DNA of 64,000 bases, taken from the NCBI GenBank assembly GCA_037445735.1, contig JBBIJY010000003.1, forward strand, positions 92,842 to 156,841, given 5' to 3'. Below the pieces are notes generated by a model. The model searched no databases and was not told where the DNA came from. It was given only the letters and a program-made list of their open reading frames with translations. How positions within the stretch are numbered: the stretch's first letter is position 1; every line of letters begins with the position of its first letter. The stretch is from Armatimonadota bacterium (GTDB lineage Bacteria; Armatimonadota; Fimbriimonadia; Fimbriimonadales; GBS-DC). Position numbers and translations under genes: made by a program. Shown here in pieces: positions 18,804-28,023 of this stretch.

Positions 18804-21497
18804 TCAGGCGGCATGCTGTTGCTGGGCGGCGGCGGGCAGGCGCAGGATGAAGCAGGCGCCAGCGGGCGAATCGCCTAACAGCAGTGTGCCGCCATGCTTT
18901 TGCGCAATCTCCAGCGAGATCGACAGCCCCAGCCCCGTGCCCTTGCCCGGCTCTTTGGTGGTGAAGAAGGGGTCAAAAATCTGCATGCGCAGGTCAGGTG
19001 GCACGCCCGGACCGTTATCCTGCACACAGAGTTCGACCCATTCGCGCCCGCTTTCCTGCACGCGGCGCGTGCGGATGACCACGCGCCCATCGGGCTGACC
19101 CTCCAGCGCGTCGCGCGCGTTGGTCAATAAGTTAATCACCACCTGTTCCAGCGAGTTCGGCTCGCCCAGCACGGGTGGGAGATTGGATTCGTATTCTTCT
19201 ATCAGCTCAATCCCGCGCTGGTGGAGCTGCTCTCGCAACAAAATGAGCGCGTTCTCGGCGACGGTGTTCAGATTCACGGGCTCGCGGGTAGCGCGTGGCT
19301 TGCGGGCAAAGGTGCGCAGGTGCAGGATAATCTGGCTCATGCGCTGGGTCTGACGCTCAATCAGGCGCATGTCGTCCAGCAGCTGACGAATCCATGTTCC
19401 CTCACCCGTACCCTCTCCCCCGCTGGGGGAGAGGGACTGGGAGACCCCCTCACCCGTGCCCTCTCCCCCGCTGGGGGAGAGGGGCTTGGGTTCTCCCTCT
19501 TCCCTCTGGGGAGAGGGTTGGGATGAGGGATTAGACACAGCGTGAGCAGCCCCCTCACCCGTACCCTCTCCCCCGCTGGGGGAGAGGGATTGGAGGCGGC
19601 TCAGCATCTGAATTGTCTGCTGCGCGACGCCGCGGATAATCGCCAGCGGCTGGTTGAGCTCGTGCGCGACGCCCGACGCCAGCGTGCCCAGCGACGCCAA
19701 TTTGGAGGTCTGAATGATCTGTGCCTCCGCTTTTGCCAGCGCGTCTACCATGTGATTGAACGAGTCGGCTAACTGCTCCAGCTCAGGCGCGTTGCCCGTG
19801 GGCAGCTGCACGCGCCGGGTCAAATCACCCCCTGCAATCGCATGCGTGGTCTCCACCAGGGTGCGCAACGGAATGTTGAGCGTGCGATAGAGATACACGG
19901 ATCCCAGCAAACCCAGCAATAACACCCCCATCAAACCAATCAGCATCGCATTAATAATCTGTTCCACAATCCGCTGCTGGAGCGTATCCGTAAAGGTGTT
20001 GAACTGCCTGGAGAGGTCGGACAGCTGGGAGAGTTGGGACAGACGGTTCTGGAGCTGATGCTGACTCTGGCGCAGGCTGGTCTTCAGCAGCCGCTGCATG
20101 CTTGCGCGGATTGCCCGGTGCTGGGCGTTGAGCATGTGCTTCGATTCGCTCAGGGTCTGGCGTTCCGCCTGTTGCAGGGTCTGTTGCAACTGTTGTTGAT
20201 GGCGGCTCATTTGCTGGCTTACCTGTCGGGCAGCCTGCTCGCGAATCTGGCGGATGGCGCCCCGCAGTGCGCCCTGCTGAATCTGGCGAGCCTTATTGAA
20301 GTGCGACTGCAGCGTGGTTGCCAGCTGAAACGCCTCTTCGGTCGGTTGCACCACAATCAGACAGGCGTTGAGGCGCACAATCGGTGCCAGCACCACCAGC
20401 GAATGGTTAACTTCTTCCAGGCGCGGGCGCACACCTTCCAGCGTGCTGGCAACCAGGGTTGCGAACGACTCGTCGCGCTGACCAACCCGCCGTGCATCGG
20501 GATGCGCCAGCACCAGCCCATCCGATGCGCAGAGCATCGCATAGCCCTGATTACCCATCCGAAAGGCGCGTATCAGCGTGTTAAGATTGTCCATGCCAAT
20601 CAGGGCGCAGATCGCGCCGCGCAGGTCAACGCCACGCTCGCGCACTGGCACCAGCACAGGGATCACGGGTTCGGCACCCGCCTCCGTGTCCAGCATGACC
20701 ACCGAGCCGACAATCGGCTGGTCGCTCGCGGTCATCTGCTGCCAGAGGGATGCCAGCACAGGTTGAAGGGCGCTTTCTGCTGGCGTGACATCGCCAACGG
20801 TCAGCAGCCGCTGACCCCTGCTATCACGCAGACAAAGCAGGCGATAAGAAGGCTCGCGGTCCTGAAGCGCCTGCAGAATCCATTCGCTTTCCTGCAGGCG
20901 GGCTTCTCGCACAGCGGGCTGCTGGGCGATGAGCGTCAGCTGGGTGAGCGCGTTCTGCAGCGTGCCATCCACCTGGCGCCTCAGGCTGTCGGTCAGGCTC
21001 AGGCTGCTTTGATTCACCTGAGTGCGAATGGCGTCGCGGCTGGCATCCGTCGCTGTGATGGCTAACTGCGCCAGCGCCCGCGCCTGCAAGGTGCTGATCT
21101 GCTCTGCCGTATCGTCAAGGGTTTGCTTCAGTGCGCGGTGGGTGGTGTGTTGCATGGCGCTGGTGCTGGACGACACGCGTCGATTGAGCGTGCGCAGGGC
21201 GCGCCCGATCAGCGCTTCCTGCCGCTGCGCCAACCGCTGCCGCTGCTGGTCCAGACCGCGCTGAATGTTCCGCTCAACCTGCACGAAGGCGTCTTCCAGC
21301 ATTGCCTGCGTGGATTGCTCCACACGAGCGCGATAATGCTGGAACGAGGCTTGCGTCTGCTGCTGAAATTCGCGCGTGGCGTTGCGAATCTGATAGCGCA
21401 AATAGACCAGCAGCACGCCTGTGCCCAGCGCCGCGGGCGCTATCGCCATCAATCCGTATAACAGCATCAGCCGATAACGCAAACTCAATCTTGTCAC
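18804..21497 (-). CDS. Sensor histidine kinase (Cache, HAMP, HisKA, HATPase; NtrB-like)
   Basis: Two TMs, GYAML..DGLVLAHPD Cache, HAMP, GVAHELNQPL, NLLTNARDA, DNGPG, FDPFFTTKEPGKGTGLGL. Confidence 0.93.
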   Translation of the reverse strand: MTRLSLRYRLMLLYGLMAIAPAALGTGVLLVYLRYQIRNATREFQQQTQASFQHYRARVEQSTQAMLEDAFVQVERNIQRGLDQQRQRLAQRQEALIGRALRTLNRRVSSSTSAMQHTTHRALKQTLDDTAEQISTLQARALAQLAITATDASRDAIRTQVNQSSLSLTDSLRRQVDGTLQNALTQLTLIAQQPAVREARLQESEWILQALQDREPSYRLLCLRDSRGQRLLTVGDVTPAESALQPVLASLWQQMTASDQPIVGSVVMLDTEAGAEPVIPVLVPVRERGVDLRGAICALIGMDNLNTLIRAFRMGNQGYAMLCASDGLVLAHPDARRVGQRDESFATLVASTLEGVRPRLEEVNHSLVVLAPIVRLNACLIVVQPTEEAFQLATTLQSHFNKARQIQQGALRGAIRQIREQAARQVSQQMSRHQQQLQQTLQQAERQTLSESKHMLNAQHRAIRASMQRLLKTSLRQSQHQLQNRLSQLSQLSDLSRQFNTFTDTLQQRIVEQIINAMLIGLMGVLLLGLLGSVYLYRTLNIPLRTLVETTHAIAGGDLTRRVQLPTGNAPELEQLADSFNHMVDALAKAEAQIIQTSKLASLGTLASGVAHELNQPLAIIRGVAQQTIQMLSRLQSLSPSGGEGTGEGAAHAVSNPSSQPSPQREEGEPKPLSPSGGEGTGEGVSQSLSPSGGEGTGEGTWIRQLLDDMRLIERQTQRMSQIILHLRTFARKPRATREPVNLNTVAENALILLREQLHQRGIELIEEYESNLPPVLGEPNSLEQVVINLLTNARDALEGQPDGRVVIRTRRVQESGREWVELCVQDNGPGVPPDLRMQIFDPFFTTKEPGKGTGLGLSISLEIAQKHGGTLLLGDSPAGACFILRLPAAAQQQHAA
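19399..19588. repeat. Cluster of four palindromic CCCTCACCC...CCCTCTCCC/GGGAGAGGG elements in frame in the kinase
   Basis: Units at 19399-19435, 19447-19483, 19495-19529 (reversed) and 19552-19588; encode LSPSGGEGTGEG x3. Confidence 0.93.
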
Positions 21498-22486
21498 TGC
21501 TGAAACACCCCATCTGCCAGATTGAGCAAGGCGTCGGGAATGGTGATCCCGAGGGCACGAGCGGAAGAGAGATTATAAGTCGTGCGCAGGCGGCGCGGGG
21601 TGAGAAGGGGCATCGCGGCCGGGTCTGCTCCCTGCAACAGCTGGTCGACCAGCTCCGCTGCTGCAACGCCCTGCTCGGTGAAGTCGACCCCAATGCCCAC
21701 CAGTGCGCCCCGCTTCACATAGGTGTCCGCAAAGGCAAGCAGGGGCAACTTGCGTTGATTGCAAAAAGCCACGATCTGCTCGAACGCCTTCGGCGCAGCG
21801 CAGACTGGATCGGGAATGAGCCAGAAGGCGTCGATTTTGTCGCTGAGGGCTGTCAGCGCCCGCGCCAGATCATCGGGCATGCGTGCCTCTATGGCGACCA
21901 GTTCCAGTCCCACCTGCTGGGCATCCTCATGCGCCTGTTCGATCAATCGACGGGAGGTGGCATCCTCAGGGTTGAAAACCGTGCCGATGCGTTTGACCGT
22001 CGAAGCCACATCCATCAGCAGGCGGAACTGGCGCTGCGGGCGAATGGTCAGCCCCACGCCTGCAAAGCGTGTGCCGCTCCGCTCCGCGCTCTCGATTAGC
22101 CCCTCCACCACAGGGTCCAGCACCATCAGGAACACCACAGGTGGCTGGCGCTCTGCGGGCAGCTGGCGATAGCGCTGCTGGAGGGCGCGTGTGGCATCCG
22201 TGCCAACCGCCACAATCACCTTCGGCTGACGCCGTAAAATCGCCTCCACCGGGTCCTCACGGGGACGAGCCGGCAGAACCATCGTGAAATAGTCAATGCT
22301 CACACCGGCTCGGTAGCCTCGCCGGGCAAGCTCGCTGGTCAGCCCGTTCACCGCCTGCTCGTAGAGGCTCCCCTCTCCGCTTTGCAGGATGGCAACCAGT
22401 GGTCGCTCGGCAAAGGCAGCCCCTGCGCCAGCGCCCCACACCAGCACCATCCACATCCCTGTCCACACTGATTTGCCGATTTGCAT
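21494..22486 (-). CDS. ABC-type substrate-binding (periplasmic binding) protein
   Basis: Signal-like N-terminus, VIVAVGT.A, PVVF.MV.DPV, KRIGTVFNP, DAFWLIPD, NLSSARALGITIP; the ORF-track start at 22561 lies in a repeat. Confidence 0.85.
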   Translation of the reverse strand: MQIGKSVWTGMWMVLVWGAGAGAAFAERPLVAILQSGEGSLYEQAVNGLTSELARRGYRAGVSIDYFTMVLPARPREDPVEAILRRQPKVIVAVGTDATRALQQRYRQLPAERQPPVVFLMVLDPVVEGLIESAERSGTRFAGVGLTIRPQRQFRLLMDVASTVKRIGTVFNPEDATSRRLIEQAHEDAQQVGLELVAIEARMPDDLARALTALSDKIDAFWLIPDPVCAAPKAFEQIVAFCNQRKLPLLAFADTYVKRGALVGIGVDFTEQGVAAAELVDQLLQGADPAAMPLLTPRRLRTTYNLSSARALGITIPDALLNLADGVFQQ

Positions 22487-22514
22487 GGCAGATTGATTGG
22501 TCTCCACCACCAGC

Positions 22515-22662
22515 CCCTCTCCCCCAGCGGGGGAGAGGGTACGGGTGAGGGGACTGCTCACCTCGCACCTGCAGCCAACCCCTCACCCCAACCCTCTCCC
22601 CAGAGGGGAGAGGGAGTCTTTGAATCCCTCTCCCCCAGCGGGGGAGAGGGTACGGGTGAGGG
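22515..22662. repeat. Intergenic cluster of three copies of the same palindromic element
   Basis: Units at 22515-22551, 22580-22614 (reversed) and 22626-22662. Confidence 0.93.
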
Positions 22663-22674
22663 GCTACCACCACT

Positions 22675-24564
22675 TCACCAGTCGCGCTGCCAGGTGAACC
22701 ACAGACTGCGCCGACCGCCAGGCACCCGCCACGCCATCTCCGTGCGCACATTGAACAGGTTATCGATGCGCAGATTCCAGCGGTTGCGGGCGTCACTCCG
22801 ATAGGACAGGTTCAGAAAGGTGTTCCACGCATAGGCGCTGGTGCGCCCCATGCCGACGGCGGGATAGGTGAAGGCAATCTGCGCACTCAGCCCGCGCGAT
22901 TGATAGCGCGCCAGCCGAACCACCACCCGATCACGGGCAGGTTTGTAGTCCTCCTGAATATTGCCCTGATAGTTGACGCGCATATAGCCCACTGCCAGCT
23001 CCGCGAAGTTGAAAAGGGAGCCTGCCAGTTCCGCGCTCCAGCCGTCGATACGGATACGCTCCACATTCTGATACTGTCGCAGATAGGGGTCGCTGGGGTC
23101 CACCAGAAACACCGTGATGGCGTCGCGCACATCCTGTCGGAAGTAAGCCACATCCCATCGCCAGCCTGCGGGCATTATTCTCTTCCAGCCCAGCTCGTAG
23201 CTGACCACCACTTCGGGCTTATTGTTGGGCGAGCCGTTGACCCGAAAAGGTACCGCCACCCAGTTGGTGCCGTCGAAGACGGGCGTCCAGACGAAGAAGT
23301 TGTTCACGAAGAGTTCGGCGAAGGAGGGTGCGCGAAACGCTCGCCCGATGGACGCGCGCAGCACATCGTGCCCGCTGGCGTGATAGACCAGCCCGGCGCG
23401 CGGGCTGAGCTGATTGCCATAGATGGAGTGGGCATCGAAGCGCAGCCCCAGCATCGGTTGCCAGCGCTCCCGGCGCCATTCGCCCTGCAGAAAGAGCGCG
23501 AAGTTGCTGGCGGAATGGGAGCCGTTCAGCAGTCGCCCGCTGGCGCGCATCAGGCGGAAATCGCCCCCAGCCAGCATCTCCGCCGAACCCCAGGGGAAGC
23601 GCCAGTAGGTCTCCAGCCCCAGCATCTGCTGGTCGAAGGCGCGTCGCTCGCGCGTGCTCAACGCGAAGGTGGGCGGCTGCGTGCGCAGGAAATCGAGCTC
23701 GCCCGCCATGCCATAGAAGCGGGCAATCTGCTGGCTCCTGCCCCGCTGCTGGCTCCACTCCGCCTGCCAGTAATGACTGCGCGGCTGAAAGCGGTCATAC
23801 GGAGTCGGGAACAGCCCGTAGCGCATACCGACGCTGCCCCGATCCATATCGACATAGGCGTAATGGAGGTTCCACCGATTGGAACGGGCATTGACCATCA
23901 GCGAGCGCACGAGGGTGTCGTTGTTGCGCACGCGGTCGCTGCCCGGATCGCGCCAGTAGGACGCCTGCACGCCGTACCGCCAGCCCGAATCAGCCGAGCT
24001 GACCCAGCGCAACGAGGCGTTATAGCCGTTGCGTGCCGTGTAGCCGTTATAAAAGGAGGACTGCCCGGCTTTGCCGTGCGCCGTGATGATGTTCACCACG
24101 CCCGCCAGCGCGTTCGGTCCGTACATCGCCGAGCCAGGACCGAACGCCGCCTCGATGCGCTCCACATCGTGCGTGCTGATTGCCATCGCCGAAAAGTTGC
24201 CCAGAAGCGGGTCGTTCAGCGGGATGCCGTCCAGCAGAAAGAGCGTGCGCTCGTTGAACTCCGACGAAGTGTACGCCCCACGCGTGCTTAAAAAGCGGTG
24301 AATCGACGACTCGTTGCCCTCGAAGTCGGCGACCATGCGCTCCAGCAGCTCCTGCACCGTCTGCGCGCCCGATAGCTCGATCTCGCGGCGGGTCAGCACG
24401 CGCACGGTGGTGAACGATTCAGAGACCTTGTGTTCGGTGCGGGTGGCGGTCCTGACCACCTCCTGCGGATCGGCAAAGAGCCATTCGGCGGTCGCCGAAG
24501 TGCGCTGGGCGTTCAGCCCCGCGCAGAGCGCCATGCCTGCCCAGAAAATCGCTATCTTTCTCAT
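22675..24564 (-). CDS. TonB-dependent receptor
   Basis: Signal peptide, VVRTATRTE plug start, LFLLDGIPLN, VERIE..GPGSAMYGPNALAGVVNIIT, AFRAPSF.EL, PE...SYELG, terminal aromatic beta strand. Confidence 0.92.
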   Translation of the reverse strand: MRKIAIFWAGMALCAGLNAQRTSATAEWLFADPQEVVRTATRTEHKVSESFTTVRVLTRREIELSGAQTVQELLERMVADFEGNESSIHRFLSTRGAYTSSEFNERTLFLLDGIPLNDPLLGNFSAMAISTHDVERIEAAFGPGSAMYGPNALAGVVNIITAHGKAGQSSFYNGYTARNGYNASLRWVSSADSGWRYGVQASYWRDPGSDRVRNNDTLVRSLMVNARSNRWNLHYAYVDMDRGSVGMRYGLFPTPYDRFQPRSHYWQAEWSQQRGRSQQIARFYGMAGELDFLRTQPPTFALSTRERRAFDQQMLGLETYWRFPWGSAEMLAGGDFRLMRASGRLLNGSHSASNFALFLQGEWRRERWQPMLGLRFDAHSIYGNQLSPRAGLVYHASGHDVLRASIGRAFRAPSFAELFVNNFFVWTPVFDGTNWVAVPFRVNGSPNNKPEVVVSYELGWKRIMPAGWRWDVAYFRQDVRDAITVFLVDPSDPYLRQYQNVERIRIDGWSAELAGSLFNFAELAVGYMRVNYQGNIQEDYKPARDRVVVRLARYQSRGLSAQIAFTYPAVGMGRTSAYAWNTFLNLSYRSDARNRWNLRIDNLFNVRTEMAWRVPGGRRSLWFTWQRDW

Positions 24565-24926
24565 GCTGCACACCTCACCGTCCAGATGTTCTGGAGAACC
24601 TGCCGGACCTCGCTCAGGTCGAAGGGCTTCACAAGCGTGGCGAAGACCCGGTCGGCAGTCCCGTCCTCCAGAAAAGCATCAGGATAGCTGTCCATCACCA
24701 CGATAGGTATTGTGGGGTAGCGCTGGCGGACAATCTGCACGAGCGTGACGCCGCTCATCAGGGGCATGTGGGTGTCGGTGATCAGCACATCGACCGCTTC
24801 ACGCTCCAGAATGTCGAGCGCTTCACAGCCGTTGCCCGCAAGCAACACCTGATGCCCCTCATCCTGCAGCACACCGCTCAGCAGGAACTGCACCATCGGC
24901 TCGTCATCCACCACCAGCACTGTCAT
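24561..24926 (-). CDS. Stand-alone response regulator receiver
   Basis: VLVVDDE, A.NG.EAL, VLITDTHMPLMSG, LVKPF; AAGGTG RBS; stop overlaps the TBDR start. Confidence 0.9.
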   Translation of the reverse strand: MTVLVVDDEPMVQFLLSGVLQDEGHQVLLAGNGCEALDILEREAVDVLITDTHMPLMSGVTLVQIVRQRYPTIPIVVMDSYPDAFLEDGTADRVFATLVKPFDLSEVRQVLQNIWTVRCAA

Positions 24927-24992
24927 ATCACCTTCATTTTCGGCACGATAGGGTGCAATCTGCAGAAGACAGAACAGGTATAATCGCAGGCG

Positions 24993-25706
24993 ATGAAGGT
25001 GTTTCGGCAGTGGACGGCGACGCAGGTGGTTGCGCTGGTGCTGGGTGGGCTGCTGCTGATTTATGGGGCGAACACGTTCTATGGCTACTATCAGCTGAGC
25101 CATCTGCATCTGAAACCGCTTCAGCCGTCGCGCTTCACTGTGCTGGGCTTCCCGTCGCGCGAGATGAGCGAGCGACGCTGGAAGATTATCATCACGCAGG
25201 AGGTGCCCAAAGTGGTGGAGGTGTTGCGCGAGCAGGGGTTTGCGCGCCCTGAATATGGCGCGGAAGATGGCGCCACACGGCGGGTGGACATCGAGCAGGT
25301 GCTGAAAGCCTGCCCGGTGGTGCTGACCGAACGGCAGATCGAAGCGGTGTGGGTGGAGAAGCGGGAGGCGGAGACACTGCGCGGTCGCCCCGAATATTTC
25401 GTGGTGCATCTGCGGCTGACCCCGGAAGGGCGCGCCCGACTCTGGCGCTACGCCCGGCAGCAGGTCGGTCGCCCCCGCGCGCTGGGCGAGGCGCCCGCCG
25501 AAGAGCGACTGCTCCTGCTGGTGGATAAGCAGCCCTGGGCGGCGCCCATCATCAGCGCCGAAGTCGCCAGCAGCTGGTGGCTGCTGAGCCGCGCCGCCGC
25601 CCTCCAGCGCTCCGATGTGCAAATCGTGAACATCTTCGACGAGGAAATCGCTAACGAGATTGTGAACGGCTTCAAACGCGCCCGGCAGGGGGTGAACCCG
25701 CCATGA
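24993..25706 (+). CDS. Membrane-anchored protein with SecDF P1-head-like domain
   Basis: One TM; VHLRLTPEGRARL...LLLLVDKQPWAAPII resembles the SecD P1 head pattern. Confidence 0.55.
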   Translation: MKVFRQWTATQVVALVLGGLLLIYGANTFYGYYQLSHLHLKPLQPSRFTVLGFPSREMSERRWKIIITQEVPKVVEVLREQGFARPEYGAEDGATRRVDIEQVLKACPVVLTERQIEAVWVEKREAETLRGRPEYFVVHLRLTPEGRARLWRYARQQVGRPRALGEAPAEERLLLLVDKQPWAAPIISAEVASSWWLLSRAAALQRSDVQIVNIFDEEIANEIVNGFKRARQGVNPP

Positions 25707-26536
25707 CCATTCGGCTGGGACACAGCCCCGATGCCGACGACGCCTTCATGTTCTGGGCGCTCAGCGCAGGACTTGTGGAAACGCCCCTGCAGTTCGAACA
25801 TGTTCTGAAAGACATCCAGACGCTGAACGAGTGGGCGCGGGAGGGGCGACTGGAGTTCACCGCGCTGTCGGTGCACAACCTCGCCTATGTGGCGGATCGC
25901 TATGCGGTGCTGATGGCAGGTGGCAGCTTCGGCGACGGCTACGGACCGATGCTGGTCGCCCGTGAACCCATCCCGCTGAATGAGCTGGCACGCTATCCCA
26001 TCGCGGTGCCAGGTCGGCTTACCAGCGCGTATCTGGCGTTGCGCCTGTTCCTGCCAGAGGCGCAGACCGTCGAGATGCCCTTCGATGCGATTATGCCCGC
26101 CGTGCAGAGCAGCGAGATACCCGTCGGGCTGCTCATTCACGAGGGTCAGTTGACCCACCGCCAGCAGGGGCTGATCACGCTGCTCGATCTGGGCGTGTGG
26201 TGGGCGGAACAGACGGGGGGGTTGCCCCTGCCGCTGGGCATCAACGCCATCCGCACCGACCTGCCAGAGGGGGTTCAGCAGGAGATTGCCCGCGCCTTCA
26301 CAGCGAGCATTCGGCTGGGTCTGGCGAATCGCGAGCTGGCGCTTGCCTACGCCATGCAGTTCGGGCGCGGAATGGACACGGCGACCGCCGAGCGGTTCGT
26401 CGGCATGTATGTGAACGAGCTGACGCTGAACATGGGCGAGCGGGGACGACGCGCCATCGAAGAGTTCCTGCGCCGGGGCGCAGAGGCGGGTATCACGCCG
26501 CCCGCCGCCCCGCGCTTCATAGAGACCCCACTGTAG
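25703..26536 (+). CDS. mqnD: 1,4-dihydroxy-6-naphthoate synthase (futalosine pathway)
   Basis: LGHSPDADDAFMF, DIQTLN, GDGYGP, GLLIHEGQLT, DLG.WW...TGGLPLPLG, MYVN. Confidence 0.92.
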   Translation: MTIRLGHSPDADDAFMFWALSAGLVETPLQFEHVLKDIQTLNEWAREGRLEFTALSVHNLAYVADRYAVLMAGGSFGDGYGPMLVAREPIPLNELARYPIAVPGRLTSAYLALRLFLPEAQTVEMPFDAIMPAVQSSEIPVGLLIHEGQLTHRQQGLITLLDLGVWWAEQTGGLPLPLGINAIRTDLPEGVQQEIARAFTASIRLGLANRELALAYAMQFGRGMDTATAERFVGMYVNELTLNMGERGRRAIEEFLRRGAEAGITPPAAPRFIETPL

Positions 26537-26596
26537 GATACATGCCTGGGCGGGACGCCCAAGCCACTGCCACCCTGCGCTTCATAGAGACCCCAC
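26512..26596. repeat. 20-bp direct repeat of the mqnD 3' end flanking a REP-like palindrome
   Basis: gcgcttcatagagaccccac at 26512-26531 and 26577-26596, with gggcgggacgcccaagccac between. Confidence 0.85.
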
Positions 26597-27933
26597 CACA
26601 GGAAGAGCGCCCGCCTGCTGCGAATCCATGCTGCGTGCGTGGGTGGCTGATCGGGCTGGCACTGATCGCCGCGCTGAATGTGGGCGCCATTCTCTACTGG
26701 CATCGGGATGATGGGCTGTGGAGCCACTTCGAGAATCTCGATGTGCGCACGATTCTGGAGCGGCTGGAACAGCCGCATCAGCCTCTGCAGTGGTTCGTGG
26801 GCGACTGGGTGCTGGGCAACGGCTTCTATCGCCCCCTGCCGAGCCTGCTGTATGAACTCGACTATCGCCTCTGGGGACGCAATCTGCTGGCGTACAAATG
26901 GACGAATGGGCTGTTGAGCCTCGCGTGCGCGCTGCTCATGGTGGGCTGGGTGTGGGAACTGAGCCGTTCGCGCCCGCTCGCGCTCCTGACAGGCTTTCTC
27001 TTTACTGGCTGGCAGACGGGGTTGTTGCCGGCGCTGCCCGAATCGCTGCTGTGGGTATCGGCGGTCGCGGCGACGGGGCTTGTGTGGTGGCTCCAGCGTG
27101 ATTACCGTAGAGCGCTGATTACGGGCTGCCTGGTGCTGATGCTGGGGCTGGAGCTGAGCTTCATTCCGAATCTGCCCGATCTGCATCAGGCGTCGTTCGC
27201 CTATCGCGCAATCGGCTGGATACCAGGGCGCACGGCGACGCTGATGACGCTGTTCGCGCTGATCTCGCTCTGGGCGTATTGCCGACTCTGCTGGCGTGGG
27301 GGCTGGCAGTGGGCGATAGTGAGCCTGATTGCCTATCTCGCCGCGCTGGGCAGCTATGAGCAGGCAGTCTGTTTGCCGCTGCTGATGGCGGCATGCGGGC
27401 TGGCGGTTCGAGCGCAGGGCGGGCGATTCGTCGCATGGTTGCCCACTGCCGCGCTCATCATTCTGGAACTCTATCTCTGGTTCTATCTGGCGAATATCCC
27501 GTCGCAGACCGAGTATCACCAGCAGCGGTTACGCCGTTTTTACGCGCTGGGCGGCTCGCTCGGCTACTGGCTGCTGCCACCGCTGCCGGAGGTGGCAAAT
27601 CAACTGAGCCTGCTCATCGATGCGCCGCTGGCGTTCATCCTGCCTGGCTTCTGGAAGGCGTGGCTGATGCTGGCAGCGTATGGGATCGGGTTATGGCAGG
27701 TTCGGCGTCAGCCGCTGGCGTGGGTGGGGCTGGTCGGCTCGATGCTGGCTTATTTGCCGCTGGCGCCCGTCATTCCGCTGATGCACTACTACTATCTACC
27801 AGCGGTGTTCCGCGCGCTGTGGGTGGCAGTGCTACTGGCAACCCTCGTCAGGAGAGCTGCGCCAGATAGCCCCGCTCGGATTGCCGTCGAAGACACAGCT
27901 TGGAGCCAGCGTGCTGCGAAACTGTTTGAATAG
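26542..27933 (+). CDS. Polytopic membrane protein, GT-C glycosyltransferase-like
   Basis: FYRPL, many TMs, WIPGRT, GSYEQA; true start uncertain (26542 ATG or 26635 GTG). Confidence 0.6.
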   Translation: MPGRDAQATATLRFIETPPQEERPPAANPCCVRGWLIGLALIAALNVGAILYWHRDDGLWSHFENLDVRTILERLEQPHQPLQWFVGDWVLGNGFYRPLPSLLYELDYRLWGRNLLAYKWTNGLLSLACALLMVGWVWELSRSRPLALLTGFLFTGWQTGLLPALPESLLWVSAVAATGLVWWLQRDYRRALITGCLVLMLGLELSFIPNLPDLHQASFAYRAIGWIPGRTATLMTLFALISLWAYCRLCWRGGWQWAIVSLIAYLAALGSYEQAVCLPLLMAACGLAVRAQGGRFVAWLPTAALIILELYLWFYLANIPSQTEYHQQRLRRFYALGGSLGYWLLPPLPEVANQLSLLIDAPLAFILPGFWKAWLMLAAYGIGLWQVRRQPLAWVGLVGSMLAYLPLAPVIPLMHYYYLPAVFRALWVAVLLATLVRRAAPDSPARIAVEDTAWSQRAAKLFE

Positions 27934-28023
27934 GAGCGGAGGCGAGACGAAGGGCACAATCACGCAAACAGCAGGAATCGGCTCATTCGCCCCGAACCAA
28001 ACCTGCACCTGAGGGGTGCAGCG

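Noticed and set aside
19399-19588. Repeat clusters (also 22515-22662 and 15706-15810) as a CRISPR array
   Set aside because: Mixed orientations, short irregular spacers, in-frame coding location and no cas genes in the window
24937-24944. GCCGAAAA (minus strand) as a sigma-28 -10 box for the receiver/TBDR operon
   Set aside because: No convincing TAAA -35 element at the expected spacing; single occurrence
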